Assembly (NCBI GenBank): GCA_965112155.1
Contig: OZ218098.1
Source of the DNA: Podarcis liolepis
Taxonomy: Eukaryota
Length of the DNA: 64,000 nucleotides
Strand: one strand, 5' to 3'
Within the stretch, counting starts at the first letter, position 1. Every line of letters begins with the position of its first letter. Under the pieces are notes generated by a model. That model saw nothing but the letters and a program-made list of their open reading frames with translations, did not search any database and was not told the DNA's origin. This document shows, one piece after another, positions 48,930-64,000 of this stretch. Both the position numbers and the translations under genes were made by a program.

Positions 48930-51900
48930 CTATGAATGAGAAAAGTCAACATTTACAATGAGATGTTGAAAATCAACATAAGCAATAAGCTGCAGCCATC
49001 ACAATTAGGAGGATTCGGAAAGTCTTACAGCTATTTACTTGATATTCATCTGACAGAGTATTAGGATGAGATATGCAACTTCACACGAGACATCACTCTA
49101 GGTACTTAAAAAAAGGATGTGCCATTGAAACCTAATATATCAGCTTGCCTATAGAGACAAAACATACAAGACCACTAGCACGGGATGTGGTCTTCTGTAT
49201 GACTACAGCAGCTGGGAGCCCAAAATTCCTAGTACCGTACACAGAAGCATCCAAATATGGAAGGACCAGGTGAAGCTTTACTATAAACTCAGTTTTGCAA
49301 CAAAGATGCAAGCTAGCAAGCCAGTAGAACAGTGGAAACAAGTTAAAGGAAATATAGCAATATTCACAAACTATTTAAACATAATACTTTATCTAGTTTT
49401 ACACATAAAGGAGGCACTCACTTATCCCAGTTACAACTTGTTGACAGATCTCTTTTCTACTGTAAAGTAACAACAATATTTAAGGCATTTTAGATATAAT
49501 CTTACGTCATTTCTCAAAGCAATATAAGCAAGCAAAGCAATTTTCAGTTCCAGACCTAGCGAACTGAAGCGTGCTTGTTCTGACCTATCGCAAAGCATTT
49601 TCTAAGGTCCCAAGTTGTGCTTTAGCTTCTGGACTCAATGGCACATGCTTTTACTATAATTGCAGAAATAAAATCTTTGTAGTTCATTAAGAACTTCAAA
49701 GCTATAAGGCCCATTCCACTTTGCAGTTCCTTTAAGCAGTAGTTTACTATGGCTACTAGTGATGCAAATCTGCAACGCTACTTTAGAGGCCCCTAAAGGA
49801 AGCCTTCAATTAAAATTATTAAAATTAAATGAGGGCAATGGAACTGAGGATACTTTTTCTGCTCTAATATTCCTTAACCAAGAACCAAATGGACAAATAA
49901 CCAATACCAATTGTTTAAAGGCTTATGAATTTCTCACAGCTGCCTTGCTCCAACTTGAAATAAATGGCTTCCCATAAATAATAATTCTTTCCATTAGAAT
50001 GCTATAATTAAGAAGAATAAGTATATGCTACAGTAAAACTACATCCCTTTCAATGAACACACATATCTTGAATATTCACAAGGGCAAGTTTACAACTGCA
50101 TATTAAAATAGCAATGTTATACAAATAATGTGTCAGTGCCCCCATTTTCTCCTTGGCTACTTCTTGAATAGCAGTCAAAGCTGCATATCACCCAGAAGTA
50201 GTTACTGCTTGATGCTCCCCTGTGATGGTATAATCTATCAGAAGCAAATTGGATTAGAGAGGTTTTTCCTAGGATCATAGAAAGTACCCACCTAATGTAC
50301 TTGGATTACACACTGAAAAGACTGGTCAGTATTTTTTCATTAGTACTCTTCAAACACTTCGCTAAAAAACCTCAGTTGTCCAAACTGGTTTGTTAGCTTG
50401 AAGTGAAAGAAAATGTTATGGATATGATATCCAAATAAAAGAATTCTATACTACACTTGACTGTATCAACCAAAAAAAAGAGTGGGCCTGGAAAGCATTA
50501 AAGCTAAAAGTATATTCAGGTATTTGCTTCATGAACTTTGAAGCAAAAACCACCAGACTAATTTGCCCACATTCCAGATACCTGCTTAGATAGTGACCCA
50601 GTACATTCTTAAAACAGGACTCTTATTGTGTGGACAATGGCCAATTTCCAAGGAGATAACAGGAAACCTATTGTACAGCTTCTACCAAAAACTAAGCTAA
50701 CGGGATTGTGGTGCAGGAAAAAGCTGTTGTAGCTGTTTGATATCCTGCAGAGGCTTGAGATGAGCAGGCATCTAATACATCATCTTTGTGTAATCATGCT
50801 GTCAGACTCCTTCCTGCTTGTTAGCAAGACCTGCTTAATAGAGTAAGCTAGTTGGTCTCTTATAAACATGAAGAGATGCTACCACCTCTGCCTCTCAAGG
50901 CCGTAGTAGTCTGATGAAGTAAGAGACTAGAGAATAATGTAGTCATTTTCCAATTTAATACTATAAAATGCACAAACCGCTATTGTGCAGATCTTCCATA
51001 TAAAATTGAAGTGATGGGGATACCATTTTCACTATTGTGGCCCAAACTTTCTTTGGTAGTACAATTTGATTTTTTAAAAATGAAAATAGGGTGCAAGGCT
51101 AATTTAACAGCAAAATTTAACTAGTAATACTGATTATCATACATTACTGCACTTTAGGCTGAACATTATGTTTTGCTTTTCACAGTTTCTATTTATATAT
51201 AACAGATGAGAGGTGAGAATGTAATTCCATGATAATATGAATCCAGTTGAGGAGACAGGACATCCAAAATATGAAGCTGGTCATATTTGTACTGGGTTGT
51301 CATGTAATAACAATAAGTTCTGAAGTTTAGCACTAGAAAAGCTACCAGTATAAACTGAAATGCAGCCTGGAAAACTAAGGTTCAGTCTTACTATGTCAAT
51401 ACCCAAATACAGACTTTAGTAATAAAATGACAGAGTGGCAATTCCTCTGCCATCAGAAAAGCTAGCAAGAGTTTGGCATTATTTATCATCCTGGCCAGTT
51501 CTGCAGGCCATGCACCTAACCTTTACAAGATGAAATTACTTATCTCTGGTAGTTTTGTACCCAATTGTATTCCAGGCTTAAAATATAAGTACAAAAGTTG
51601 CAATGTTGAGACTACAGAGGGAGGTTTCTCAAGACTGAGAAACATCAAAACAGGTGGTGTCAACCATTTTTAATAAAATATGCTACAGCAGAAAGAATAA
51701 GAGATGTTATTACAACATTCCTACTAACACCAAGAACATCCCTAATCCTTTTTACTTCTGATCAAGTTACCATTCTTTAAAAGGAGCAAAAGGAAGGTGG
51801 GGTGTTTAATGCACTATTTTAGTAGTCAGTTCTCAACAGTTTGGACATTATAAAAATGTTAATAAGGCAAGCATTTTCATGATAACTTCACACTCTGAGT

Positions 51901-52490
51901 CATAAAGAAATGAAACCCGTAGAGAATGCTCCAACTTCAGAGATCTCATACTATACCGTGAATCGTGTCTGTCACCTGGAAACCAGAGTGCTCTAGGCAC
52001 GATCGCATGGACAAGCCTGCAGCAGAGAACACATGCACATACAACTAAAATGGTACATCACCCCCAGAAGACCCTTAATGCCACCCAACAAAACAAGTGT
52101 CCCCTTAACAGGAGTGCAGCTATCAAATTATCTGCCACTAAGAGGCATTTGTGGTTATTCCTTGCTACAAGACATTAAGAGCAAGAATCACATCAGTAAT
52201 GGAGTTTTACAATTGCAGAATTCTATATATTTGTTTAGTTACAAGCAGAAAAAGTAGGTATTCAATACCACAGAATTGCAGTCAGTACTCACAACCTTCT
52301 TCTCAAAATGACTGTGAATGATGGACTATAGGAAGATTAAGTAGTCTTAAATGCTTCCTTTATTATACAATATTGTGATTTTACAGTTAGTAATAGCAAA
52401 ACCAAGTTTTATACCTGGCCATCAAAAATAGGGCACGGGCCCTTATCCCCAGCTCTTTCTTTAATTGGGATATATGGGTATTAAGTACTA

Positions 52491-52801
52491 AATTGGTGCC
52501 CCGCAAGACGAATGCCTCGCAAGACGGAAAACCCGCTAGACGAAAGGGTTTTCCGTTTTTGAGCTGCTTCGCAAGATGATTTCCCCTATGGGCTTGCTTT
52601 GCAAGACGAAAACGTCTTGCAAGTGTTCCTATTTTTTTCGCTTCCCCCCCTTTTTCTAAGCCGCTAATAGCCTTTTAGCTGCTAATCCTTTAATAGCCGC
52701 TAAACTGCTAATCCACTAATAGGGTTGCTTCGCAAGACGAAAAAACCGCTAGACGAAGAGACTCGCGGAACGGATTAATTTCATCTTGCGAGGCACCACT
52801 G
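52491..52801 (+). mobile_element. Tc1/pogo-type MITE (GCAAGACG family) in CHKA intron 2
   Basis: Right TIR CTTGCGAGGCACCACTG-TA, degenerate left TIR; homologous to 61733-62041. Confidence 0.85.
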
Positions 52802-55800
52802 TACTTTGAAACAATGAACAATACTGCAAAGTAGTTTGTGTCAGTGTACAGAAGCAAGAACTTGTATTTGAACTCCAAATTCAAATTGCTTTGTTGGACC
52901 AACATTAGTTTCTTTGTTACAAGGAAATCATTTCTAAAAATGAATCCTTTTAAAGCTAAGCAATGGTGCCAACAACTACTCTAGTTTTCATTCATATGTG
53001 TATGTGTGTGTGGATGTAACAGGATTGAACTGCTATTAAGACATCCTTTCAGATTTTTGGAGGGGAATCCTAGGTATAGCATGTGCATTTGCTTTTCAAA
53101 CACACCAATGATTAATTAGAATAGCAATTCCACAAAAGCACAAATATTCAGCTTGTTTAAAAAGTAGCTCACCTATGTGATTGGAGACTATAGTAATCTC
53201 AACCAGGCTTTCAAGTTTTACACAGATCAACCCAACTAAGCTCACTTCCTGCCTTCATATCATGCATGCATAAAATGTGGCTTAAAATAACAGCTATAAC
53301 TAAGGGAGGCCCCATGCCATTTTTGCATGGTAACTTTAGCCAACCTGAAACAATTTATATTGAACAGTATGTACTGACATTTGTGTCTTCCAGAATTTAT
53401 GTGACAAGCAAACTGGAGTCATTGTTAGCCTGTAAATAATAGTGTTTGTTTTTAAAGAAGGCTTTAGTTGAAATTTACTGGACTGGTTTTCTATGGTAAA
53501 TTTTGAATGAATGGGGAGGTGGGGCAAAACTTTGAACCTCAGATTACATGTGTATTTGATAATGATACTATTATTTTCTGCATGCAGGCATAAACAAAGA
53601 AGAATTAAGTTATAATCAAAATGTTATCTGTTTCAACTAGTGATGGGGAACATATGGCCCTCCTGATGTTGTTAGACTACAACTCTTATCACTCCAATGA
53701 TTGCTAATGATGGCTGGAATTGTTGGTAGCTATATTTCTGTCTTAAGCCATACAGATGGATATTGAGGGTAAGTAATAGTGCAAGAAAATTATACGTATG
53801 TGCATCAGTATTTAAAACCAGCATCCCCGGAACTTTTAAAAATATCAGCATCACTGAAATTATTTTTCTTCTAAATTACTCCTGTTTGGTACAAGGAAGT
53901 TCCTTAAGATCTCAGATGAAGATCTAAAACTATAGCACAATCAGTTTGCTTATGCATTGAATACTGATCTGGAAAAGACAAATGCTTATGCTGAAACCCT
54001 CAATATAATCTGAAAGTTTTACCTTGGGACTGTCTCTGCTTACTTAACCCTTAGTGAACTGCACCAACAAGAGCAGTCATTTCACTGCCACTATGGAAAT
54101 AAAGGAAGTTAGAAATCTCAAAAGATCTTAAATACCAAGACAAAAAAGGTTAGGATATTAACACTCAAATAATTGGCCAAACTAGATCTTGGAGAAAAAT
54201 TCTGAGCTCCAGTGTTATTTTCTTCATATAAGGACACAGAAGGTTTTGTTTAAAAAGTGGGTATTGAGGGAAAGCAGTATGTGCCCATGTTCTGGTTTAG
54301 GATTCTCCAAACTTGGATATTCATAGGAAAATTTCTTCAGAGTACAATGATTACAACAGATATGATGGAAATTACTACTGAGATCCTGAAAACGCTGCCT
54401 TATTTTTTTCAGATGAAAACATTAGCAAATCACTGATGCCCTAATTTCTACAAACTACTTTGTACAGGCAGCCTGTACAAATAAAGGTTACTTATAATAT
54501 GCAATCAGCTCATACACTGAAGATTTTATAAAGCCAGGGGTGTGGCTTAAATAATTTGTTAAAATAAAACATTCAGTGTAACTATCGCTGAACTGTTAGT
54601 TTAATTGATAGTTCTAGTGCCAATGGTTCAAGCCACTGTTTCCTTGTAATACATTGCTAAGATGGACCAGAGAAAGACATTGCAGCAGTAACTTGCTTAC
54701 ATATTTCCAATCCAAGTATTTTGTATACTGCAATACACAATCCGAGCTTCATACTTACAAGCACCAACTGATGCCCCAGTAATCTCATTGTTCTCAGTTA
54801 TATGAAGGCATGCAGAACACTTCATTTCAATATATGGAAATTGCCTGTATATCAGTTTTATAACATGGAGTACAAGCAAGTGGAGATACTTTGGGGGCTA
54901 AGCATATGTTTACAATGAGGAAGCTCCATAGGAGTGGGAACTCTACCCCACTGCTATAATCGTTTGTATATGTGAATGCATTTTCTTTATCCCTTTATCC
55001 ATAATGCATCAGCTGTTTAGTGTTACAGCAGAACTCATTTTGCCACCCTTGTAGAGTGCAAGTGCAAGGAGAAAATCTTCCTTTTACTAGTCATAGATTA
55101 CCTGTATTTTGCCAATGAGTTCAACACTCTCTATCAAGATTACTACATCATTAACTGCTTTAATGCACAGTTGTTGATTGTCATTCTGTTGATAAATCTA
55201 GATTCAAAATAGCTGGTCAGAAAGCAATTCAAGATACGTTAAATCTAAATTGCTTGGTCATTTTCTAAATGATAATGTGTTGTGTATAAAACACAGAAGT
55301 GACAACAATCTTGTACGTGGGTTCATTTCACAAATGGAAATTCAAGAGTATGTCAATGTCTACATGGACAAATTGTTTTAATACAGACCTACCAACATCT
55401 ATACCTAGGACCTAAGGCCATTTCCTGCTCACTGGAACTTACTCAGAGGCACATTACAACTCGTCAGACATGCCACAGTGAATCCTATGTCTAAAAGAAA
55501 TAAACAGACTTGCATTTTTGTGTGTAAATTCTGTGGCTAAACACAACCATTACATAAAAATATGTGGCATGATTCAGTCCACTGCTGGTGCAGTACCTGT
55601 GTGTGAAGGATTCCCACAAGATCAACAGAGAAGTCCAAGAGGTGCTCCTAGATCCACTTATGTCACATGGCTCAGATAGCTTCTGCGACACAAAGTGTTT
55701 TTCATCTACTTAAGACTGTTATGGCAGCTGCAGTCTCATTCTAGACAGGAATAGCATGACCATACCCTGGTAACCTCTAGGATTAGCTTGGAAAACTAAT

Positions 55801-56229
55801 ATGGCTTGGAAAACTCCAACCCACCAACATCCTGTGACGTCAGGTGTACAGCAGATACAGCCACAGCTGCGAAACAACAATCAGGAGTGTTATAGTGCAC
55901 TCCTAACTGCTCCTCTTCAAGCAAGGCCTTCATTCAGCACCTTTTAAATTTGACGCAAAATAAAAGCTCTGTGGGATTGATTCCACTTGGGAGCTCCTAA
56001 CTGCACTTAACTCCTGCCCCAAGCTGGACTTGTTTTTGGTGCCAAACAGAAGACCTACCGTATTTTCATTAGGGAAAGCTGAGCAAGCCTCCCATTTTTG
56101 CAACTGAACCATTAATGTTCCTTTGCAGTCCAGCCAGGGCTAGAAAGGAATAATCAGAGGCACACTTTGATTAGACTCCCAATTATTCCCACTGACAAGC
56201 GGGCTAGATCTAATTTGCCATCCCTGAGC

Positions 56230-56740
56230 TATTGTAATGAACTGTTTGTGTGCCTGCCTTTGAAGATTGCTTGGAATCTGCAACTGGCTCAAAATATTCC
56301 TATTAACTGGGATCTATCCTCACAGGTAATTAAAGAATACTGGTTTCTAGTCCATTTCCAAGTACAATTCAAAGTGCTGATGCTTACCTTTAAAGGCTTA
56401 CATAGCTTAAGACTTGGGTACCAGAAGTAAGGCCCACCTCCATGTCAGCGTGTCCATTATTGGAGGCCATCTCTGGAAGTACTCCTCCAGGCATCCTTAT
56501 CATCAGAAACAAGTGGATGGCAACTAAAGAAACTGCCTGCTTGATGTTGCATGTAAAATTCCCTTTCCAGGGAGGCTTGTCTGATGCACACATTGCTATT
56601 TTTTTCAGCACCAAGCACAGACATGTATTTTCCCATGTTTTAAGTTCAATTGCTTTTAGTTGCAGCTATGCATATCACAATTCTGGGTTTTGTATTTTTA
56701 TCCTGTCATTTATATATATTGTGAATCATGCTGGAAATGT
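56230..56740 (+). mobile_element. Old L2 fragment
   Basis: YWFLVHFQVQFKVLMLTFKGLHSL, an L2 LHWLP..FKxLxLxxKAL-like remnant. Confidence 0.6.
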
Positions 56741-57341
56741 GGCTGAAGCATAACGTAAAACCCTGACATAAGTAAACAGGAGCGCTATTGGATCTACAGG
56801 AATCCTTTGTCCATAGATACGGCACCAGTGAATTGATCATGGCCTCAATTTCCAATTTCCATCTGCATGCATCCAGAGCAATGCACTTGGAAGCAACAAA
56901 ATGGGAAAAGGGAAAATGAAGTGCTTCTACCAAATGCTGTTAGATTACTGACAGTAAAAGCTTGGTACATGTTTCCTGGAAGGAATTTTGGGGAAAGACT
57001 TGAAGCTGCTATATGCTTGTAGTTAATGATTCAACGCAATTCTAGACAGTTATCAGATTTACCATGAATGTTGTTTCTCAGTTTAAGTCTGCAAAGCACA
57101 AAGAGGGTAATAAGTGACAATTTTTCTGAATAGTAAAACTCCAGGAAACGTCCGCATGCATACTGACAAGACAGTGCATCGCACTAACTAAAAAAAACTA
57201 TACATCTGAGATCTGCGTAGAAAGCAATTTCTAGGCAATAAGAAATGAACAAATCTAAACTGAAGAGTTCTCAAATCAGACTATGCATGTGCAATAAAAT
57301 CTATTTTCAAGCCTATTCTAATGCAAGATGTTTAAACATCA

Positions 57342-57527
<186 letters not shown>

Positions 57528-60302
57528 TCACATGACTGAAGTTCAGATTCCAATACCCTGAATTAGACAACTGGACATGAAAGAGCTATTCTACACAGCC
57601 TAACTTTCTATTTTTTCAGCACTGACTATATTATGTCTACATTTATATTCCACATTTCCTCCATGCTCCTCCCACTCCCCATTTTATCTACACAACAACC
57701 CTCTGAGGTAGAGTTACTTCATGGCAGAGTACGGATGTAAACCCTGGTCTTCCAGGTTCTACTCCTAACACTAACTTTATTAATACATAGCTTGAATTTC
57801 ATTCCCAAATCTGTATTTAAATATAAGTTAGAAGAATTAGGAAGAAATTTATGTTTACTAGTACTTTGCATTTATGTCTCCAAAGCCACTGTTTAAGGTA
57901 GAACAGCTAATAAATAATTTTGGACAATGGTAAGGACCATAATATGTGACTAGAGGCAAAGCATGTTTGTTAGATTATTTATAACAATGAGTTCTCTACA
58001 ATGATAAAATGCTACCGTATATAAGAGTGCTGAGCTTATAAAGTGTATTTTCATATATCCTGCACTTCTAAGACATTCACTCAAGGCACTATACATTGAG
58101 TTATCTGATTTTATCACAACACCACCATGAGGTATACAATACTGAGGTATAGTGAATGGGCTGACCACAATTAGTCCTTCTCAGTAAAGTTAAGCAGTCC
58201 ACATTTTTCCCTATAATGACGATTGATATTCACATCAGCCTTGAGGGAACATCTATTTTATCTGCTTCCTTAAAAGAGTTATTGGGTTGGGCATGGCTCC
58301 TACCTTACTGACTGGTTTTGGAAAGATGAGAAGGGGTGCAATGCATTAGTGATGCATTGCCCCTCTCCTCACCCACCCACTCCACCCCATTCCGAAATGA
58401 GTTTTTGGACTGGTGAAGTCATCTGGGTGTTGGGCCCTGTTCAGTCCAGGATGTATTCTACTCTGAGAACAGGTGGAGGTGAAGAAAAGCTGGGATGACT
58501 ACCTCTTGGAACAAAGTGGCATAGCACATTCTTCCTCGCAGTGCAAATGTGGTGCACAGCAGCATTTGAGGTCCTAGCAACAAGGTGCTGAAGGAGAAGT
58601 TGCAAGCAGCTTGGCTGTAGTGCAGAGAATGCAAGAGAAACTACCTCCCACCTCATTAAAAGCCTCTAGTGTGCTCTTAAAATTTCACATATCATCTAGG
58701 AGAGCAATAAAACATATCCTTATTAAGAACTAATTCTATGTTTTAAGTTCAAAAAGCTAGCCTAATTCATCCAGTTATTGTAAAACCAAAGGCATTTACA
58801 GCAGGAGTATGAAAAGTGAAAACTGCTGTGCTATGGTGGAACTTCATGGACATTTCTGAAAGCTCAGAAGATAGAATATAGTTATAGACGGCTGGGGTGC
58901 GTATATGACCAATGAGTGCTGTAATGGAGTTAATTTGGTACTTTAAGATATTCTGCCATTGGTTCAGCTTAACCCCTTAGTCTTTATTCCTAACTGACAA
59001 TCTACATAAGGGCAATACCAAGGGCAAAGTCACAAAATGGCTGCTACCAGAGGTGTGGCCTAATACAAAATGACTACCATCTCCAAAAGAGCAGAAAAAG
59101 GAGACACACAGGAACAAAACTTGTTCCAATTAGGAAAAATCCATTTGAATTTTTTTGGTAAACAAAAAATGTTTGAAAAACTTCCTTTTCCACACAGTTT
59201 TAAGTCTTGGTTGTTATGCTGCGTGTCACTATACATTAGAGCTAGAAAATAAAATATAACTGAATCCAGGAATAATTTTCAATTGCTACAGTCAGCCATA
59301 CAGAGGCATAGTTAGAAATACAAACGCATATTATCTTTATTGAATTAAAAAAGGAAAAAAAACACAGAAAATGAATTAAATAAATCACCAGAGTTGTAGT
59401 TGAGCAATACTGGCCCAAACTAGTGTAACGTTTGAGGCTGAATATCACCTACAAGCTTCTCAAATTTTTTATATTTTGTACGATGAGAAGATAATGCTCT
59501 CCAGTCCCCAAGCAATTTGAGAACAATCCCACTCCCCCCCCCCCACAACAGCAACTTGGGAACAACCAGGGGAAATCTTATAATTATTATGGGTTGTAAT
59601 AAACTTTTACTCAGAGTAGACCAATTGAAATTAATGGCCATGACTAATTTAGGTCATTACCTCAACTCACATCTTTTTTTAAAGTCTCTGAAGGAGCTGC
59701 CTGCTCCATGTAGCTGATAGGCAGCAAAACAAAATAAGCAGAGCAGCAAATGGGTGGACTCGAGGACTAGAAAATAAGACAGATGCAGGAAAGGTGCACC
59801 CATGTGTAGGGGGAAATAGTAATTATTTAGGACCCCAGGGACTCCTACTGCCTTGTGTCCAGACAACTCACTGATTGGCTAAAAAATGACAGGGAGTAGG
59901 CAGACTCATTTCACAGAAATTGCTTAGAATGATAGCTGCACACTTTGCTTCATTACTTTCTTTCTAGGAGGGCTAGAGACTTACCTTTTTAAAAGAAAGC
60001 TTCGAATCTCAGGCCCTTGCCATGGACACTATTGTGGGTGCCTCCAACATGCACTGATTCTATAATGTGTTCATTTCGTGTACATAGAAGCCCACCTTTC
60101 TCCCAAATTGGGTGGCGCCATATAAATAAAATATTATTCTTAAGTGATGCCTCTTGAAGCTTATGCTTTACTACGTTAATTTCAACTGTCAAAGTGCAAT
60201 TGTCATGACAAACTACAAAGGGTGAAGCAATTCAAGGCACAACTCCTTTGATACGCAGTTATAAAGGAATGTTCCACTAGGGTATCTGCTCTGTGTAAGA
60301 GG

Positions 60303-60485
60303 AAGGGTTGCAGCTCAGTGCCTGCTTTACAAGATGAGATCTCAAGATTCAATCCGTGGCATTTCCAGGAAGGGAAAAGAACCTGCTTTAAACCCCCTAG
60401 ACTAGAGCATTACTGCCAGACAGTGCTGACAATATGGAATTAGATGGGCCAATGGTCCAACTTGATATAAAAGCAGCTTCCTGTG
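60303..60485 (+). mobile_element. Squam3-like SINE
   Basis: GCAGCTCAGTG head; CTGCCAGACAGTG..TAGATGGGCCAATGGTC..GCAGCTTCCT tail. Confidence 0.65.
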
Positions 60486-61732
60486 ATGCCCCCTGCTTAG
60501 CATTCATTCTTTCTAAATTTATGAGAGATTACTAAACAGAAGAATGCAGATAGTTTTGCACATAGCTTTGACACCACCCGCTTCTTATTTAAGAGGCAGG
60601 CAGGACCATCCCTCATCTGAGGGGCACATTAGTGATGTGCTCCTCTACACAATGTATAGCTAACAAGGCTCCTCTCACACACAACTTCAGCAATGCTGCC
60701 TGTGTGTTAAACAGGGCTGCCCTGTGGGAACTGTGGCAGGCAGAACTTTCTCTTTCCTGAAGAAGAAAGAGAAAGAACTCTAGCTTGCAATCCCCAACAG
60801 ACCAGCTGATGATGATGTAGCCTTGCTTCTAAGCAAGTCTAAAAGAGGGGAATTTCCTGGCTGAAGTTCTCAAGTACTAGAAGAAACTTAAACCAATTCA
60901 TATTGATGCAATTTGCTACTCATTTATTTCATAAATGGACTGGGCTGCCAACACATCTATTTGTTGGGGGAGGGGAACCTTCAGCAAGAATGTGCCTATG
61001 CAAAGCATCTGCTGCCTTATTCGTTTTAATAAAGCACCAGTTGAAACCAAGGAACCTTACAGTTGCTTGTACTGCTGAAGTAGTAGCAGCTCTAAATCTG
61101 AAAGCAAGCCCTGTTGTGCACTTCCATTCAGGAGGAAAAGCACACCATCATAACTGGTTTATGAAGCTAAATGAAGAAATATGTATGAAGCTAAATGAAC
61201 AAACATTTGAGATAGGCAGCATTTGCTAGTTTGGATTATTTTTCCTAGAGGCAGAATAGTCCAATTTAATAATTAAACCACAAAAAGCTACTCTCGATCT
61301 GTGTCCAGAGTATCAAATTACACAAAGATACTACAACAGAAAGGAGTACAGTACCGGAAACTACTCTCTGCCAAGTTAGCCCATCTTTCTTTGGAGTTAT
61401 TCCCTACTCCTAATCTTTTACAAGAAACCCAAAACTGAAGTGCAGCTGGGGCACTTTTTCTTCAATTGCAAAGAAAAGCCCTTGATTTGCTATCACTAAG
61501 AACCTTCACGGAGAATACTCAAGCTATATACCAGAAAAAGATGACAAAGCAGCAGAAAGTAAAAACTTTCGACCAGCACTTTAAGGATGAACAGCATGCT
61601 ATATTGAAAAACCTGACATCTCTTTCTGTGAGAGAAAAGCAGCTTGAGTAGGGGAAGGTTCGGACCAGAAAACAGGTATGTGCACCCACTCTTTCAACAG
61701 TTTTCTGTGTTTACCCTAACAAACCTATAGTA

Positions 61733-62041
61733 CAGCGGTGCCTCGCAAGACGAAAAGAATCCGTTCTGTGATTCTCTTCGTCTAGCGGTTTTTTCGTCTT
61801 GCGAAGCAAGCCTATTGACGGATTAGCGGCTTAGCGCTATTAGCGGCTTATCGGATCAGCTGATAAGCGGCTTAGAAAAAGGGGGGGAAGGAAAAAAACC
61901 CCGCAGGAACTCGCAAGACATTTTCGTCTTGTGAAGCAAGCCCATAGGAAATTCGTTTTGCGAAGCACCTCCAAAACGGAAAACTCTTTCGTCTAGCGAG
62001 TTTTCCGTCTTGCGAGGCATTCGTCTTGCGGGGCACCACTG
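61733..62041 (-). mobile_element. Tc1/pogo-type MITE in CHKA intron 1, inverted relative to 52491-52801
   Basis: TIR CAG(C/T)GGTGCC(T)CGCAAGACGAA with TA flanks. Confidence 0.9.
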
Positions 62042-64000
62042 TACCAGAAAAACAGGTAGGCGAAATTAAGCACCTCCCTCCACAACACACTTCTTTATTC
62101 TTCAGGTACAAGTGAAAGTTTACAGTAGCAGAAAAACAATGCTTTAGCACCTCTTAAACAAAACCTTATAGAAGAAACCTAAATTTGTGTTTAGTCATGC
62201 CCACATTTTAAACATTTGGAGGATGTGAAGGGTCTTCAGTGCGGCACTTGCACCTGTGTATGCACCCACATAAGCCTCCCCTGGAACACACAAGGTCCTC
62301 CCCCCGCAACTGCTAAAATTAGGGTTGAAAGAAGGATCTATTGTTAGATAGATCTAACAACTGCTTCTCTGGTTTTCAAATGTGCCTAAAGGCCCCATAA
62401 AGTTTACAACCCCCAAGACTTGGTTACTCCAGAACAGCCTTCAACAAGCTGTTGCCCTCCCGATATTTTCAACTACAACTCCCATCAGACCAAGCTAGAA
62501 TTGGCAAAGGCTGCTCCAGAAGTGAAGGGTTTCCCCCCCACTCCGGTATGAGGCTCTACACAAAGATAAGTAGCAAGGAACTATTCCCAGGTGTTTGGGG
62601 GGGGGTTTGTTTTTTGCAAGAGTAAAGTCTTTATTGCAGGGCATGTGAGATGGAAGAGATACTGAAGGGGAAAAACCGTGTGGGTCTATTCTCAGTTGCA
62701 GCTTAAGCAGACTTGCTCAGAAACAAAGCACTGCCGATGCTGAGGATCATGGCTCAACAGATAGGCAGCAGTCCCAGATTATTTTAAATACAGCTATATC
62801 AGTATCTAAAAGAATTGTATTCTTATGTATTTATACAGTATATAACCCATAGAAAAGTAAAGATATCCTAGAAGCTGGTTTCTGGTTTTGATACCACAAG
62901 GGGAGCAGTATGCACCCATCTTTTTCATCCATGTTTTGATAGAACAAGACCACTTCTCAAAGTTAACTAAAATGGGTTATTTGGATAGTTTTAGTATATT
63001 TGAAGCAAATTTAATCACAATTCCTGATTGTTCCTAGAACATATTCAGGCTGTAATCCTATACACATTTCCCCAGGAGGAAATCACATTAAATTCAATTG
63101 GACTTACTTCTGAGTAGGCATGTATTGGATTGTACACTAAAGTAATGTTTATACAAAATAGGGATTCAGATGAGTTTTATAAATGGCAGCTCCAAGAATA
63201 GACACAATGCTGCAAAGATTATTAACGTTTAACAGCAGGAACTGCATGCTAAAAGTTGCGAACAGTTGTGTGTTTAAGAAAGTGTCTATTTTAAATAAAC
63301 TATAGAGATATTAAAGCTACATTCCTAAGCATACTTAAAAGGAAATTTAAGTCCCACTAAGTTCCGTAGTATTCCATATATCTAAGTCAACATACAGTAT
63401 TTAGAATTGGGCTGTAATAATGTTCAACACTATTATATTGTGACCTCTTGGGTTACATTATGACCTCTTTTACACACCAGTGTGATTCTGCCAAATGCCA
63501 GAATCCAGCTACTTGTGAACATTCTGCAACTATGGCTTTTAGAGTTCAGATTAACTATTAACATTCTAAACATGTTAAATGGGGAAATGCTATATGTATT
63601 CCAATGGATTGGTTCTAGTTTTTCAAAATTAATGTTACTTGTCCATGGATCTGGGATAAAGGACAGGACAAATATTTTAAACAAAGCATTTTAAATTAAA
63701 AAAATTACAAGGCAATAAATCCCTCTCTGACATATCTGGTATGAGTATTAACTGTTGGGCATTCTAGGAAAATTAAAGTGATTAGAAAAGGTTTTTGTTT
63801 TACTTCTTTTCTTCAGAGGCAATTATACAAAATCTTTAAAAATTTCCATTCCTGATTACTTACCCATACTATACCCAAGCCAGTTATCTACTCATTGCTG
63901 GCATTGAGAGTCAGAGCAAGGCACCTGATACTACAGTAACTTGTTGCCAAAAAATGACTCATACTGCTGAGCAGTCTCATTCAAAAAAAAATCACAGGGT

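Overview
Vertebrate genomic DNA, most likely a lacertid lizard (Sauria/Squam1, Squam2/POM-like and Squam3-like SINEs; inferred from remembered consensus sequences, not a database search). Main content: (1) a full-length, very young Ty3/Gypsy (Mag-like) LTR retrotransposon at 1548-6467 (-), with apparently identical 266-bp LTRs, CCTGT target-site duplication (TSD), tRNA-Ser-type primer-binding site (PBS), polypurine tract (PPT) and a single 1359-aa gag-pol ORF. Its 5' leader folds into a long hairpin that pairs the PBS with a sequence just upstream of the gag AUG. (2) A six-coding-exon, about 399-aa divergent synaptotagmin-like gene (TM-C2A-C2B, Ca2+-ligand aspartates mostly lost) at 12486-22508 (+), which the ORF track shows only in fragments. 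(3) Exons 2-12 of choline kinase alpha (CHKA) at 37993-57480 (-), convergent with it; exon 1 lies beyond the window. The rest is intronic/intergenic DNA rich in SINEs, LINE fragments and Tc1/pogo and hAT MITEs, including a hAT family that carries different CpG-rich cargo between shared ends (Pack-type candidates). One copy places a splice acceptor and poly(A) signals in CHKA intron 3. All coordinates were counted by hand; boundaries of old repeats are approximate.
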